From positions 112,840,001 through 112,904,000 of the forward strand of contig OX597815.1 in assembly GCA_951406725.2 (NCBI GenBank): a stretch of DNA of 64,000 nt, written 5' to 3'. The notes under the pieces were generated by a model. The model had not been told where the DNA came from and did no database searches. It saw nothing but the letters and a program-made list of their open reading frames with translations. Shown here piece by piece: positions 29,844 to 43,720 of the stretch (positions are counted from its first letter, which is position 1; each line of letters begins with the position of its first letter). This DNA comes from Octopus vulgaris (taxonomy: Eukaryota). The translations under genes and the position numbers were made by a program.

Positions 29844-30674
29844 TGTATGTAGGTATGTATGTATGTATATATATAGTGCATAAGTGTAGGTATGTATTTA
29901 TATTAACGAGATATCAACGAAAGATTATACTGAAGAATAATATTCATGCACCAGGAGTGACACATCTAAGACACCAAGCTCTGGTAATGGTTACTGAGGA
30001 GAGTCGAAATTCAACCAATTACTTCCCATAATTACCAGCCCATCTCCCATGATTATGGGACATTCTAATCTTCAACGAAGCAGTGTCATGGATAGAGTTC
30101 ACTACAAAATATGGCCGATATATGATGTAAGTGGTTGAGAAATACGTACAAAAATAAACTTACGAAGCATGACACCTATCATACTTTACATGCACGTCAA
30201 TATGTCATCCCTCAAACCAAATTTGACATGCGACCGTCTCGTCTTTTTTCCATTCCATTTTTTAATTTCTTTCCCTTTTTTTTTTGTATATAATATTAAC
30301 ATCCGGCATATAATATTAACAGTTTTGCATATAATATTAACATTGTAGAGATAGTAAAGAGAAGTTACAAAAATATTTAGTTGCTATTTTAGCAGTTCGA
30401 GCGACCGCATAGAGAGACGTGTTTGTGTTTGAGAGAGTGTGCTTGTATTAAGTATATGTATCAAATAAGTATTTATGCAAAGAGACATGATGAAAAAAAA
30501 AAAAGATGAGTAGAAAGCCCATGTGGTTTTCACTATTTTTAGTCTAACTTTTATTTGTAGATATTCGAATTATTTCTTGTCAGTGTATCTTATCCATCTC
30601 TACTCTTATTGCGCCTTCACACCTCTCTTTCTTATTCCCTCGTCCCAGATACACACACACATACGCGTGTGTAC

Positions 30675-32740
30675 ACCTTACATAGACATGAAATTTTAAA
30701 CTTTCATGTCCAAAATGCAAGCCATATACTACATTTTTGTCCACGAGCGAAGGTCCATTGTACATGTAAACAATGTTCCCGGCGTACAAAGATTACCAAC
30801 CGTCTCAACAGAGAACTCAATGGCAGTGAGAAACCCCGCCTCGAAGCAGCACTGCTGGAGATTGAGAAATAACTGAAGCACTTCCATGAGAAAGTAAGTG
30901 CAAAACAGAAGCCTGCATCATAAGAAATAAAATCAGTCGCTAAAGCCTTCGTTAGGTACGGAAGAAAACTGCCTCTGTCATTTCAGGGTAAGACACTCCT
31001 CCGAAAAAAGATGGCTCCTTCATGCGAAACAGAATGAAATTAAGTGAAACACTGAATGAACAGTTCAAAAGTGTCTTCTCCTCCTCACCCCAAAGCACAT
31101 GCAAGTTAGCAAACCTGTAGAATTCTTTACTGATTCTGAACGAGAGACTGTAACAATTGATTATATCAGCATTGAAGAAGAGGAGGTAATATTGGCAATA
31201 AATGATATAGATGCAAACTCAGCTGCCGGCCCCGAGGGATTCACAGTAAACTTGTCTTTGAAAAACCACTGCAGCTACTCTTACAGAACTTCATGCAAAT
31301 GGCAAGCTCCCGGATAATGTGCCCTAGTCATGAATGAGGAAGCAAAGCAGATGCTAAAAACTATAGCACTATGAGGAAGCAAAGCAGATGCTGAGAACTA
31401 TAGTCCTATCTCTCTAATCTCACATATCAGCAAAGGCATGGAATGAATAGTCGGAAGGAAATTAATTGCATTCCTTGAAGAGAATGAGTTGCTGATTGAA
31501 ATCCAGCATGGTTTCCGACCAGATAGAAGCTACCTGACAGCTCAAATGTGGATATGATATACCTCGACGTTGTAAAATCCTTTGACAAAGTCGACCATGG
31601 TATGATTTGTCACAAGATGCGTAATCTTGGCGTAGTGGGAGAACTTGGAGAATGGCTTCATGATTTCCTAAAAGACAGAAATCAGGTAGTGGATAAAAGT
31701 CAGGTCGAAGTCAGGTAGTGTTTCCTCCGAGGAAACACAAATAATTAGTGGTATTCCATAGGAAATATTCTGAGGCACCTACTAAGGCGGCCTTCTCTGG
31801 CATGCCATCAGGTGCTCAAGTAGTCACCCTTGCTTGCTATGCAGATGGTACAAAAGTGTCTCAGAGGATACAGAACCCCTGAGACGTTGTGCATCTACAA
31901 CGTGAGTTGGACGCAATATACAGGTGGGCTGAGGAAAATAACAGAGTTTAATGCTGGAAAATTCGAAGCCCTGCATTACCAATACAGGAAGCTCAATGAA
32001 AAGCAGATAAGATACACTGGCCCATGAGGGATTGCAATCCCCGTATCAAAATCACTGCGTGATCTGGGCATCGATATCAGTGATGATGCATCTTTCCATG
32101 TGCACGTTACCACGTGGATGATAAAATGCAGAGGCATGGCCGGATGGATCCTTCGAATTTTCAAATCTAGATGATCCTCGGAATTTCGCCCTCAGTCGTG
32201 TGGATTACTGCTCCTAGCTGTAGTCACCAAACACTGTAAAATTAATGCAGAACTTCAAGCGATCCAGCGAAGCTACACCAACAAGATCAACACAATGTGA
32301 CACATCAGCTACTGGAGTGACTAAAAAGGTTACGACTCTACTCCCTGGAGGGAAGGCGGGAAAGATATGTTGTAATATACATTTGCAAAATCCTAGAAAA
32401 CCTTCTATCAAACTTCCACATTGACAGTTACACAAAAAGCAGGACGGGCACCACTGCATAGTACAAAAAATCCCAACATTACCATCAGGCTACAGGTAAT
32501 ATCCTCCCACGAAACATGAGAGACCTGCATGGCGTTGATATAGGCTTTTTCAAAACAAAACTAGATCTCCTTCTGTCAAGAGCCCCGAATGAACCTATCT
32601 CAAGAAACACAGATGGGGCAATAACGTCAAACTCCTACATCCACTAAATGTCACACATCAGAGAAGTTTTAGTGAAAGCCTAGCAAAGTAAATGGCGGTG
32701 CTCCACCATAGCAGCAGTCCTTGTACTCAAATTTAAAGCA
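30675..32740 (+). mobile_element. Older 5'-truncated copy of the CR1-like LINE
   Basis: Colinear with 17860-20010 (NSAAGP, QHGFR, FDKVDHG, YADG, DYCS) with many stops. Tail ATGGCGGTGCTCCACCATAGC. 37-bp internal duplication at about 31334-31407. Confidence 0.9.
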
Positions 32741-32782
32741 CAAAAAAAAAGCAAAAGCAAACTATATCTATATATATATTTA

Positions 32783-32916
32783 GGTGGGGCTGTGTGTTAA
32801 GAAGCTTGCTTCCCAAACACATGGCTCGGTCCTCAGTCCCATACTGAGGCACCTTCGACAAGTGCCGTTTACTATAGCTTAGGGTCAACAGAAACTGAAA
32901 GAAACCCGTCGCATAT

Positions 32917-33007
<91 letters not shown>

Positions 33008-33236
33008 TGTGTGTGTGTTTCTGTCTGGTTTCCTCCCCACCCATAACAGCTTGACAACCGGTGTTGGTGTGATTGCATCCCCGTAACGTAGCAGTTCGAC
33101 AAAAGACTCCGATAGTATAGGTACCAGGTTTTAAACTAAGTTCTGTAGTCGAGCCATTCGACAAAAAAAAATTCAAGGTGTTGCCCCAGCATGGCCGCAG
33201 TCTAGAGGCTGAAACAAGTGAAAGATAAAAGATAAA
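32783..33236 (+). mobile_element. CORE-type SINE family E with internal microsatellite and LINE-like tail
   Basis: Head GGCTGTGTGTTAAGAAGCTTGC...TCAGTCCC, internal (GATA)n, tail CCAGCATGGCCGCAGTC...CTGAAACAAG. Confidence 0.85.
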
Positions 33237-33767
33237 CGATATATATAAAACCGATGCATGTGTATGATGCTCAAAATCGCTTACACATGCACGCACATTG
33301 TTTTCATGATCTACATCAGTCCTTCATTCAAGAGCTTTCGTCGCTTCTTGCTCTTCTTTATCTTTTGCGCGTTTTTTTTCCTTCATAATACAACTGGGGT
33401 TTCTACTACCATCTGTTATTGTCATGAAACTGCTCTTGTTGCCTATGTTATTGTTGCTGTTGCAGCATTTGTTGTTATTGTTTTTGATCTTGTATCTGAT
33501 GCTGCCTCTCTGTCTTCACTTTAACGTTTCTGAGATTATTTTCTTACTCTTTTTTTCTTTTGTTTTTACATCTTACCTCATCTGTTTCTCTTCATTATTG
33601 TCGCCTACCAACTACTTACTTCACTCACTCACACTTACTGACTCTCATATACTTTGTATATATAGATACATGAAAATATATATGTGTCTCTCCCTACCTC
33701 TTTTTTTTCTATACTTATAGACACATGTATACATACATACGTACACACACATACATACATACATACA

Positions 33768-33801
<34 letters not shown>

Positions 33802-33915
33802 CATACATATAATGATTTGGGATAGAGACGAAAAACTGCTAAGTTATGGGGACGTAAACACATCAAGATCGGTTATCAAGTGATGTTGGAGGAACAAACA
33901 CACAAATATACACAC

Positions 33916-33966
<51 letters not shown>

Positions 33967-34011
33967 CATAATACATATACATACATAATACATATATAAA
34001 TATATATACAT

Positions 34012-34491
34012 ATATATCAAACTAAAGTTATAGAACAAACAAATGCAAGGTCATCCGCATAGCATTTCATAATTCGAACATTTAATCATAGAATATATAT
34101 ATAAACATCCCGCAAGATGGAACATAATTCATCTGTACAAGAATATAAGCATATAATAAGGTGCGAGAAAAAAGTTCATCACGGTTTAGAGTTAATACTT
34201 TAGCGATTCAGAAAAATACATGAATGCTTCAATAGGAAAGCACACAACATTGTGCTAGCCTGGTACGAGATAATGTCTGTCTTTATGTATTTTTTCCCCT
34301 GACGAAGGAGGTATTATCTTGATGCACCCTAGTGCTTTAAACATAATAATACACCCCTGAAATGGCCATAGGGATTAAGTAAATATGGTTTCCTTTTTAA
34401 CTATAAGGCTTCTCTTACTTGAATAATAATTTTATAAGATTTCTAAACGATGAACTTTTAGTTTATATATTATAATTTTTTATATGCTTTC

Positions 34492-34545
<54 letters not shown>

Positions 34546-34842
34546 TTTTATATACCTATATATTTTTTATATATTACTTTATATTACATTTTTACTTTCT
34601 AGGTGTTGTAATGTTTTTTTAAAAAAATGTATTTTTCGGAATCGCTAAAGTATTAACTCTAAACCGTGATGAACTTTTTTCTCGCGCCTTATTATTATTA
34701 TATGCTTATATGCTTGTACAGATGAATTATGTTCCATCTTGCGGGATGTTTATATGTATATTCTATGATTAAATGTTCGAATTATGAAATGCTATGCGGA
34801 TGACCTTGCATTTGTTTGTTCTATAACTTTAGTTTGATATAT
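34012..34842. repeat. Inverted repeat (~210-bp arms, 34012-34221 and 34628-34842) enclosing a hammerhead motif
   Basis: ATATATCAAACTAAAGTTATAGAAC...GCGATTCAGAAAAATACAT is mirrored by ATGTATTTTTCGGAATCGC...GTTCTATAACTTTAGTTTGATATAT. Confidence 0.93.
34295..34374 (+). ncRNA. Type I hammerhead ribozyme
   Basis: TCCC-CTGACGA-AGGAGGTATTAT...ATAATACACCCCT-GAAAT-GGCC-ATA-GGGA. All three helices pair; predicted AUA cleavage triplet. Confidence 0.82.
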
Positions 34843-34926
34843 TTGTCTCTTTCAATAGAGCACTTCTATAGCAATCCTATTAATCGTTTTGTTTCTGACA
34901 AGAAACAATCACTGTATTATTGATAC

Positions 34927-34965
<39 letters not shown>

Positions 34966-34984
34966 CATATATAAACATACATAT

Positions 34985-35167
34985 ACGACAGTCTTCTTTC
35001 AGTTTCCGTCTTCCAGATCCACTCACAAGGCTGGTTATAATAGCAAAGGTTATAACCGTTATAATAGCAAAGGTTATAACCGTCCGAGGTTATAATAGCA
35101 AACACCTGCCCAAAGTGCTACGCAGGGGAACTGAACCTGGAACCATGTGGTTGAGAAGCAAGCTTCT
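34985..35167 (-). mobile_element. SINE family E 5' half, with local tandem duplication (GTTATAATAGCAAAGGTTATAACC)
   Basis: Reverse complement of AAGAAGCTTGCTTC..ACCACATGGTTCCAGGTTCAG...GACGGAAACTGAAAGAAG. Confidence 0.8.
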
Positions 35168-35237
35168 TATTTATGTGTGTCTGTGCATGTGTGTGTGTGT
35201 GTGTGTGTGTGAGTGTTTCATAACATATGGATATTAT

Positions 35238-35273
<36 letters not shown>

Positions 35274-36034
35274 AATAAAGGAAGCTTAACTATCTAAGTC
35301 TGTAAGAATAGATACTATTCTGTATGCACCCCATGAATTATTATCTGTTTGGCAGACATCAACAAGCATCAGCAAATAATCTGCTCTCTCTATATATATA
35401 TATAAGAGCCAATCCTTTTATCAAAATCTTCAGTCCGGCGGGTTGTCTTTGATTGAGTAGGTGCACTACGAGTTCGAAACTCCATGGCGTCGCAAAATTC
35501 CTTTACATCTGTGAATAGCGTGTGTTATAAAGACATATCATCAAATGGGGGAGGTGCTCTCCAATGAAAAACAACATTAATCAGATATTCACGATCGTAT
35601 CTGCCACATATTAAGAACGGATAGATATATTATTGTATATAGTCCCGCTATTCTACTTGCACCACATGAATTATTAATTACATAAGCTGTCAGATCAGAG
35701 AAATTTCTAAGTTAGATGTGATAAGTTGTTTAAATCGCACGAATGGTGAGAGAAGTCAGGATCTTGGTTAGCAACATACAGCCGTGTGTACGTACACAAT
35801 CGTGCGCACACACGCTCGCTCACAGATACCCATAGATCTGTAAATATATAGTTATCATTTCCACACTTAGCCACGTATGTATATATCCATACGTCTAAAC
35901 ATACTCGTCCACATATCCGCAAAAAGTAGTGTAAGTTTAGATATGTACTCACATGCATATTCACACAGTTCGTATCTATCTATGCACAATCAGACATTGA
36001 CGCACCCGACTCAACAACATAATACGATATAAAG

Positions 36035-36188
36035 TATGGCTGTGTGGTAAGTAGCTTGCTTACCAACCACATGCCTCCGGGTTCAGTCCCACTGAGTTGT
36101 ACCTTGAGCCAGTGTCTTTTACTATATCCTCGGGCCAACCGAAGCCTTGTGAGTGGATTTGGTAGACGGAAACTGAAAGAAGTCCGTC

Positions 36189-36190
<2 letters not shown>
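36035..36190 (+). mobile_element. SINE family E 5' half
   Basis: TGGCTGTGTGGTAAGTAGCTTGC...GGGTTCAGTCCC...GTGGATTTGGTAGACGGAAACTGAAAGAAG. Confidence 0.85.
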
Positions 36191-36227
<37 letters not shown>

Positions 36228-36884
36228 TATACGAGCAAAACGCTCCCCGTTCAATGGACGGTGCTGAGTTGTCAAACATTTAACCCAAATTTTCTCAAAA
36301 CAACTTGTCCGACCGTCCCATAGGCCGCTCCCTTGAGAAACACTGACTTAACCTAAATTTGATACCCCAGCAAAAGAAGAAATAAAGATAGACTTTTTTT
36401 TACTATTCTAAAGAAAAACGATTTTATTCACACAAATATGCAACCGAAGAGTTTAAAGTACCAGTAATGATAAGGCTGTTGACTGGGAAAACACAAACAT
36501 TGTTTAAACAGTAAGCTTGGCAGGAAAGAAACGTGCCTTTAAGCAGTACAAAAACAACAAAAAATGGAAGGTGCAGTTATGTACAGGTTGACGGAAGAAA
36601 AGCAGGATAAAAACGGCTTTATCGATCGCATTCTCACCTGGAATCGATTTTTGTAATTTTTTCAAGACTTATACACGCACTGATACCGTCGGTATCTACA
36701 TATCAAATTTGAGCACAATCAGATGGAGGATGCCCGAGATCCTAGAAGACACACAGACAGACAGACAGAACGGAGCTGAAACTAGATAAAATAATTTTTT
36801 TAAATAAATAAAGAAAAATATATATACATATATGTGTGTGTGTGTATGTATTTATGTATGTATGTATGTATGTATGTATGTGTA

Positions 36885-37085
36885 TATGTTTGTGTCTGTT
36901 TGTCCCCCCCCTATCATCGCTTGACAACCGATGTTGTTGTGTTTACGTCCCCATAACGTAGCGGTTCGGCTTAGAGACCGATAGGATCTTGGGTCACAAA
37001 GAATAAGTCCTAGGGTCGATTTGTTCGATTAAAGGCGGTGCTCCAGCATGGCCGTAGTCAAATGACTGAAAGAAGTAAAAGAATA
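36885..37085 (+). mobile_element. SINE family E 3' half with LINE-like tail
   Basis: TTTGTCCCCCC..ATCGCTTGACAACCG...AAGGCGGTGCTCCAGCATGGCCGTAGTCAAATGACTGAAA. Confidence 0.85.
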
Positions 37086-37255
37086 TACAAATAAATAAAA
37101 CATAGATTACTAGATGTTTATATAAGTGTCAATATATTTTTTTTACATTTGCGTACGTGAATAAATGCATGTAAGTACGACTAGTAGATTGTATATAAGA
37201 ATGTGTTATCAAGGACGTACCCGTTTTGATTGTTTCTGGGTAAGCAGTAATCATT

Positions 37256-37751
37256 TTGAAGTATATTTGCCACCTAAATGTGGCTGACCCCTAGGGGACG
37301 ATGCTACTGTTGTTTATAGCCCCAGGAAGACATGTCCTCTGTGTCCGATTAGTATTTGCGAAGGGAAATGATCGTTCTCATCTCTAACCTTACGTGATAC
37401 ACACGGATCCAGGTTTCTGGATAGTAACCCGTCGTCAGCGTGTGACAATCACCAGCTAGCGATGAGAACTGCTTCCAAATGCAAAATGCTATATGCTGAT
37501 CTCGAAAAAGTAGAAACAAACAATAATACATCTCTGAGCGAAATGTAAACAGTAGCAGCACGAAATCGTTCCCATCACGAGCCTTACAATCGGACAACGA
37601 CAGTGGGCCATTAGCTAGCTGGAAGAGATTTCTCCCTCGGGCTATAAACAACAGTAGCATCGTCCCCTATAGGTCAGTCTCATTTAGGTGGCAAATATAC
37701 TTCAAGATTTCGTGCTGCTACTGTTTACATCTCGCTCAGAGATCTATTATT
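37256..37751. repeat. Element with two inverted-repeat pairs (37256-37322/37639-37705 and 37524-37567/37705-37751)
   Basis: TTGAAGTATATTTGCCACCTAAATG / CATTTAGGTGGCAAATATACTTCAA, and CTGAGCGAAATGTAAACAGTAGC / GCTACTGTTTACATCTCGCTCAG. Confidence 0.88.
37400..37444 (-). ncRNA. Type I hammerhead motif (helix III mismatched)
   Basis: Minus strand: CACACG-CTGACGA-CGGGTTACTATCCA-GAAAC-CTGG-ATC-CGTGTG. Helix I is a perfect 6 bp. Confidence 0.75.
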
Positions 37752-38759
37752 AAGTAATAATTTTGTTGCTAAGATATCTGTCTTGACAATAGTATGCTGT
37801 CAACCCTTATTCTAGCCTCTCTTCCCTATTTCTTTCTTTCTCTCATCTTTTATCTCTTGTTATCTATCTAGTCCCATTTAAAGAAATAGATTAGCTGTGA
37901 CACTGTCCGATGATTGGTTTATGACCTATTGACTTCTGACACCTTAGCCGGTTATATCTGGCTAATCTCCAATGTATTTTTACTCTCTTTAATGATGCCT
38001 TAATGGGAGGGTCAATCATCATTACACATCTTGTATTTTTGTTTCCTCTGAGCCAAATTTTAAATTCTTAATTCACCGGAAGAAAACAGTTTCTTCATGA
38101 TGTAATTAAATTATTCATCAATAAAAAATGCGACTGCAACTGCTGTAGTGAGCCTTTAAACCATTTGTGTTCATATTTTATGCAAACAACATAGCTGGAA
38201 CCTTGCCTAAGCATTTTGCGAGATAACTACGAATGTACCAGCTCGCAGCTTTATACAATGCTACATATTACCACTTCTCTAGATTTTACTGTAAACGCAT
38301 AGATACACCACACACATACAGAGAGTAGCCGAGGGAGATAGTTCTTTACGTATTTGCTTTTTTCTCTCGGTTGTTTTAGTCTCTCACTAGCTCTATATTA
38401 ATTTCTGTCAAATCACTTCTCTCAATCTTTCATTCATATTTCTCTCTCAACCACTCTCTCCCTTTCTCTATCTCTCTTTCGGTCACCCACTCATTCGTCT
38501 CTCTCTCTCACTGTATCACCGCTCACTCCTTTCTCACTCTCCTCCACTCCCTCACCTACTCACTCCTTTCTCTCACTGTCTCACCCGTTCACTTCTCTCT
38601 CTCTCTTTCTCTCACATTCTCTCTCTCTCTCTCTCTTTCATTTTCTCTGCTGTAGTTCATAAGTTACAGAAGTGACTCAAGAATCGAACGTTTCATACCT
38701 TTCACTTAAATGCAATACCCGAAAATTGATTTACTCACGTAACTTGACACAGCACATGC

Positions 38760-39130
38760 TGAGAAGAGAACTTGTGGAAGAGGTAGATCCAGGATGACAT
38801 GGGACAAAATAGTGAAGCATGATCTTCGGATGTTGGGTCTCATGGAGGCAATGACAAGTGATCGAGACTTAGCAATTACCTGTGCTTGAGAAGGTTTGTC
38901 AAACCAAGTGAAATCGTAGTTGTAGGTAGTGCCGGTGACGCGTAAAAGGCACCTGTGCCGGTGACACGTAAAAGGAATCCACTACACGCTTGGGATGGTT
39001 GGCGTTAGGATTGGCATCCAGCCGTAGAAACTATGCCAGACAGACAAGTTGAGGTTGGTACAGCTCTCTGGCTTACCAGTTCAAGTCAAATCATCTAGCT
39101 TTCCACCATGGAAAAATGATGATAAAGACT
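38760..39130 (+). mobile_element. RTE-clade LINE 3' fragment
   Basis: Translates as CGRGRSRMTWDKIVKHDLRMLGLMEAMTSDRD, an RTE C-terminal signature, followed by a UTR and (GAT)-like tail. Confidence 0.75.
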
Positions 39131-40139
39131 ATGATGAGGATATATATCACCTTTTAGCTCCATCGAAGCTTCAAACTTGAAGGGCAATTTTGTCTGGAAA
39201 AACATTTACATTTACATTTATGGAAGACAGCATCACACCCTACACTCATATCACTCACATAAATACAAACACACACGTACAAAGGTACTACCACACACAC
39301 ACACACACAAATACACTGGCCATTTCCGGACTCTCCTGCCTTCAAAAACAACTTTATTTCTGTCCATTTCCGGTCAATTCAGCCGTGCTTTTCTTAGACT
39401 TTTTGCCCTCTCTTCGGACCTCTCCCCTCTCCCCTTTCTGACGAAGTACCATGCTCAATACCTCACCTCCCACTATTTCCGACATCTTAAACTTAGCGTC
39501 AACCTAAGACATTCACTGTGTATGCCCTTTTCGCATATTTTGCTAGTGTTTACTTATATTTTCGATTTGCCTCTATATATACATATATATATTTATATTA
39601 TGTAAATAGCAGATGTCTACAAGTGCGTTCATAAAAGCTCGTATGCTACTTGTTGCTGGCTACGTAAAATAATCTCGGGCTTCCACAGGGTCCATGGATA
39701 TTATAAATAATATATCTAATAATGTCTTATGAATCTGGTGAGGGGTCCCATAAAAATAAATATTATGCCGAAACATTTGCAGCAATGCAGTAAGGAAAAT
39801 ATAAAATCTCCATCCGTAAAGTATTACTCGTTATTAATACAGACACACGCACGAGCGTACAAGCGCGCAAAGCATTCCCAACTTAAAAGAGACGTAAACG
39901 TATGTAGGAAATGAATTAGTGTGTCTGAGGGCGAGAAGCGCAGAAGTGGAATAATATAAAATTGTGTGTGTGTGTGTATCGTAAATATGAATCTATTATA
40001 ACAGCGTGCCTCATGGATACTTTTTTTCGTTCTTTGGTTTTAACTGCCATTTCTAGCATGTAAGGAGTCCTGTCAAGGACCCTTGGTGTATAAAAACATT
40101 TTATACATTATAGATAGATAGATAGATAGATAGAATACG

Positions 40140-40219
<80 letters not shown>

Positions 40220-40375
40220 TGTGTATGTGTGTGTGTATGCATATATATATATATATATATATACACACATTTATATATCGAAAAGTAAGACTTCCTCCCT
40301 TCCCCATATGTCAAACTATTACACCTGCTTGTTGTTCATATACCTGTCTCCATCTTTTGTTTTTCTGTAAACTTC

Positions 40376-40419
<44 letters not shown>

Positions 40420-40431
40420 GCATACGTTTAT

Positions 40432-40476
<45 letters not shown>

Positions 40477-40501
40477 ATTTATATATATGTATATGTATAT
40501 A

Positions 40502-40538
<37 letters not shown>

Positions 40539-40555
40539 GTATATGTATATTTATA

Positions 40556-40606
<51 letters not shown>

Positions 40607-40830
40607 TTAGTGAAATGTGTACGTACATATAAGAGAAATGTGTACTTGCATGTAAATGACCACAGCATCTTGTCTTGGCTACATGCGGGTGGGAAGGGGT
40701 TGGTGACACAAACTTTCATTCACACTTTGAATTTGGTGATACTGGTAACGGCTTCAGTTCGCTCTGATACTGAGTTGAGATGATGCCTTCTAGTATCTCG
40801 AAATTTAATATACAATTATTCATAATTGTA

Positions 40831-40929
40831 GTGTCCTACGCTGATGAGAAAAGAAGTTGGGTAAGACATAATTATCTAATTCTTATGCTTTCCTAAAACT
40901 TAATTTCGAAACGTACGTCCGTGGGTGAC
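40831..40929 (+). ncRNA. Type I hammerhead ribozyme with intact core
   Basis: CCTACG-CTGATGA-GAAA...TTTC-GAAAC-GTAC-GTC-CGTGGG. Long paired helix II; predicted GUC cleavage after 40919. Confidence 0.87.
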
Positions 40930-41115
40930 TTAAAATTGTATGATAGATTGCCGTCATTTCATTCTCTCTTACCTGTCTGTGTTTGCCTTTCAAGTGCTGT
41001 GTTTTTACTGAGATCTCCCTTTTAGTAGAAAGAATAGCTATAACTCTTTGACTGCTATTTCTAAATTCGGTGTGTGGTGAGGCAATTCGTTGCTAAACCC
41101 TTAATTACTTAGTAT

Positions 41116-41157
<42 letters not shown>

Positions 41158-41256
41158 AATCCTAAAAACGGTAAAACAAGCACAAAAATAAACGATAATG
41201 CGACGACGTGATACATGTAAAGTATTAGCAGGTTCTCAAGGAAGGAAAGAAATATA

Positions 41257-41291
41257 GTTTAACGTTTCGAGCAACGCTCTTCTTCAGAAAC
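41257..41291 (-). ncRNA. Minimal hammerhead motif in a short element (~41165-41390)
   Basis: Minus strand: GTTT-CTGAAGA-AGAGCGTTGCTC-GAAAC-GTT-AAAC. Confidence 0.78.
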
Positions 41292-41749
41292 ATAGGAAAG
41301 TCCAATAGAAAGGAAGACGAAGGAGGAAAATCCTCAACGATTCACATGTGGTTACATTTTGGAGGCGTGGCGTTCAATGAAATAATAATATATATATGCA
41401 TACATACATACATACATACACACATGCATATGTGTACATACATATATACATATATATAAATATATATAATTAATTAATAAGGGTGAGAGAATTAGATACT
41501 AATTTAATAGCATATCTATTCAACACCAAGTGGCCTAGTGCTCCGAGAAACCTGGATTATTATAATATTTTTTAATATATTATAATATTTTTACAAAATA
41601 AATATAAGAGAGTGGTCACTATATGGCTCACTCTAGCACTAGTTAACCCAAAAGGTTTCAACCACAAAAATACATGTTTCCCATGAAAGTCAGTACGATT
41701 GTTATCTCACACGGACAGGGCAAATAAAAAATAACAAAAATACAGATTA

Positions 41750-41831
41750 TTTTGGGACAATTGTTTCGATATTAATGAATTAAATGTAATTTTACTTACA
41801 AAAAAATCCACTTGTAGCTCGTCAGCCCAAA
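41750..41831 (-). ncRNA. Type I hammerhead ribozyme, unit 1
   Basis: Minus strand: TTTGGG-CTGACGA-GCTA...TATC-GAAAC-AATT-GTC-CCAAAA. Confidence 0.8.
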
Positions 41832-42284
41832 CTATCTGGATGAAATCCACTCAATCACACGCCAGATTTTACCATAACGATAAATACACGTGTGGTTCAA
41901 TTGATTACATCCGACGTTATAATTCAAATGCCCCAACTAACAGCGCGCCAAACTCTCACGGAAAGCAAATACTGCATTTAGAAATAAATGTAGCATAATT
42001 ATAATTAATTAATAAGGGTGAGAGAATTAGATACTAATTTAATAGCATATCTATTCAACACCAAGTGGCCTAGTGCTCCGAGAAACCTGGATTATTATAA
42101 TATTTTATAATATATTATAATATTTTTACAAAATAAATATAAGAGAGTGGTCACTATATGGCTCACTCTAGCACTAGTTAATCCAAAAGGTTTCAACCAC
42201 AAAAATACATGTTTCCCATGAAAGTCAGTACGATTGTTAGCTCACACGGACAGGGCAAATAAAAAATAACAAAAATACAGATTA

Positions 42285-42366
42285 TTTTGGGACAATTGTT
42301 TCGCTATTAATGAATTAAATGTAATTTTACTTACAAAAAAATCCACTTGTAGCTCGTCAGCCAAAA
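42285..42366 (-). ncRNA. Type I hammerhead ribozyme, unit 2 (fully paired)
   Basis: Minus strand: TTTTGG-CTGACGA-GCTA...TAGC-GAAAC-AATT-GTC-CCAAAA. Helix I and the base of helix II are perfect. Confidence 0.87.
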
Positions 42367-42729
42367 CTATCTGGATGAAATCCACTCAATCACACGCCAG
42401 ATTTTACCATAACGATAAATACACGTGTGGTTCAATTGATTACATCCGACGTTATAATTCAAATGCCCCAACTAACTGTATTTTTGTTATTTTTTATTTG
42501 CCCTGTCCGTGTGAGCTAACAATCGTACTGACTTTCATGGGAAACATGTATTTTTGTGGTTGAAACCTTTTGGATTAACTAGTGCTAGAGTGAGCCATAT
42601 AGTGACCACTCTCTTATATTTATTTATTTTATAAATATATATATATATATATATATACATATATATATACATATATAAATACATATATACATATGTATAT
42701 ACATATACATATACACGTCTCAGTGTACA

Positions 42730-43720
<991 letters not shown>

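Larger units (their letters stand above)
41466..42635 (-). mobile_element. Non-coding Penelope/retrozyme-like element: two tandem units (period 535 bp) plus an inverted partial copy
   Basis: GGGTGAGAGAATTAG at 41481 and 42016. 42476-42625 is the reverse complement of about 42127-42280. Each unit carries a hammerhead. (TA)n on both sides. Confidence 0.88.

Noticed and set aside
35445-35495. GAAACTCCATGGCGTC, possible ribozyme remnant
   Set aside because: No intact CUGANGA or helix I.
39735-39785. CTGGTGA...GAAAC hammerhead-like motif
   Set aside because: The core is mutated and helices I and III do not pair convincingly.
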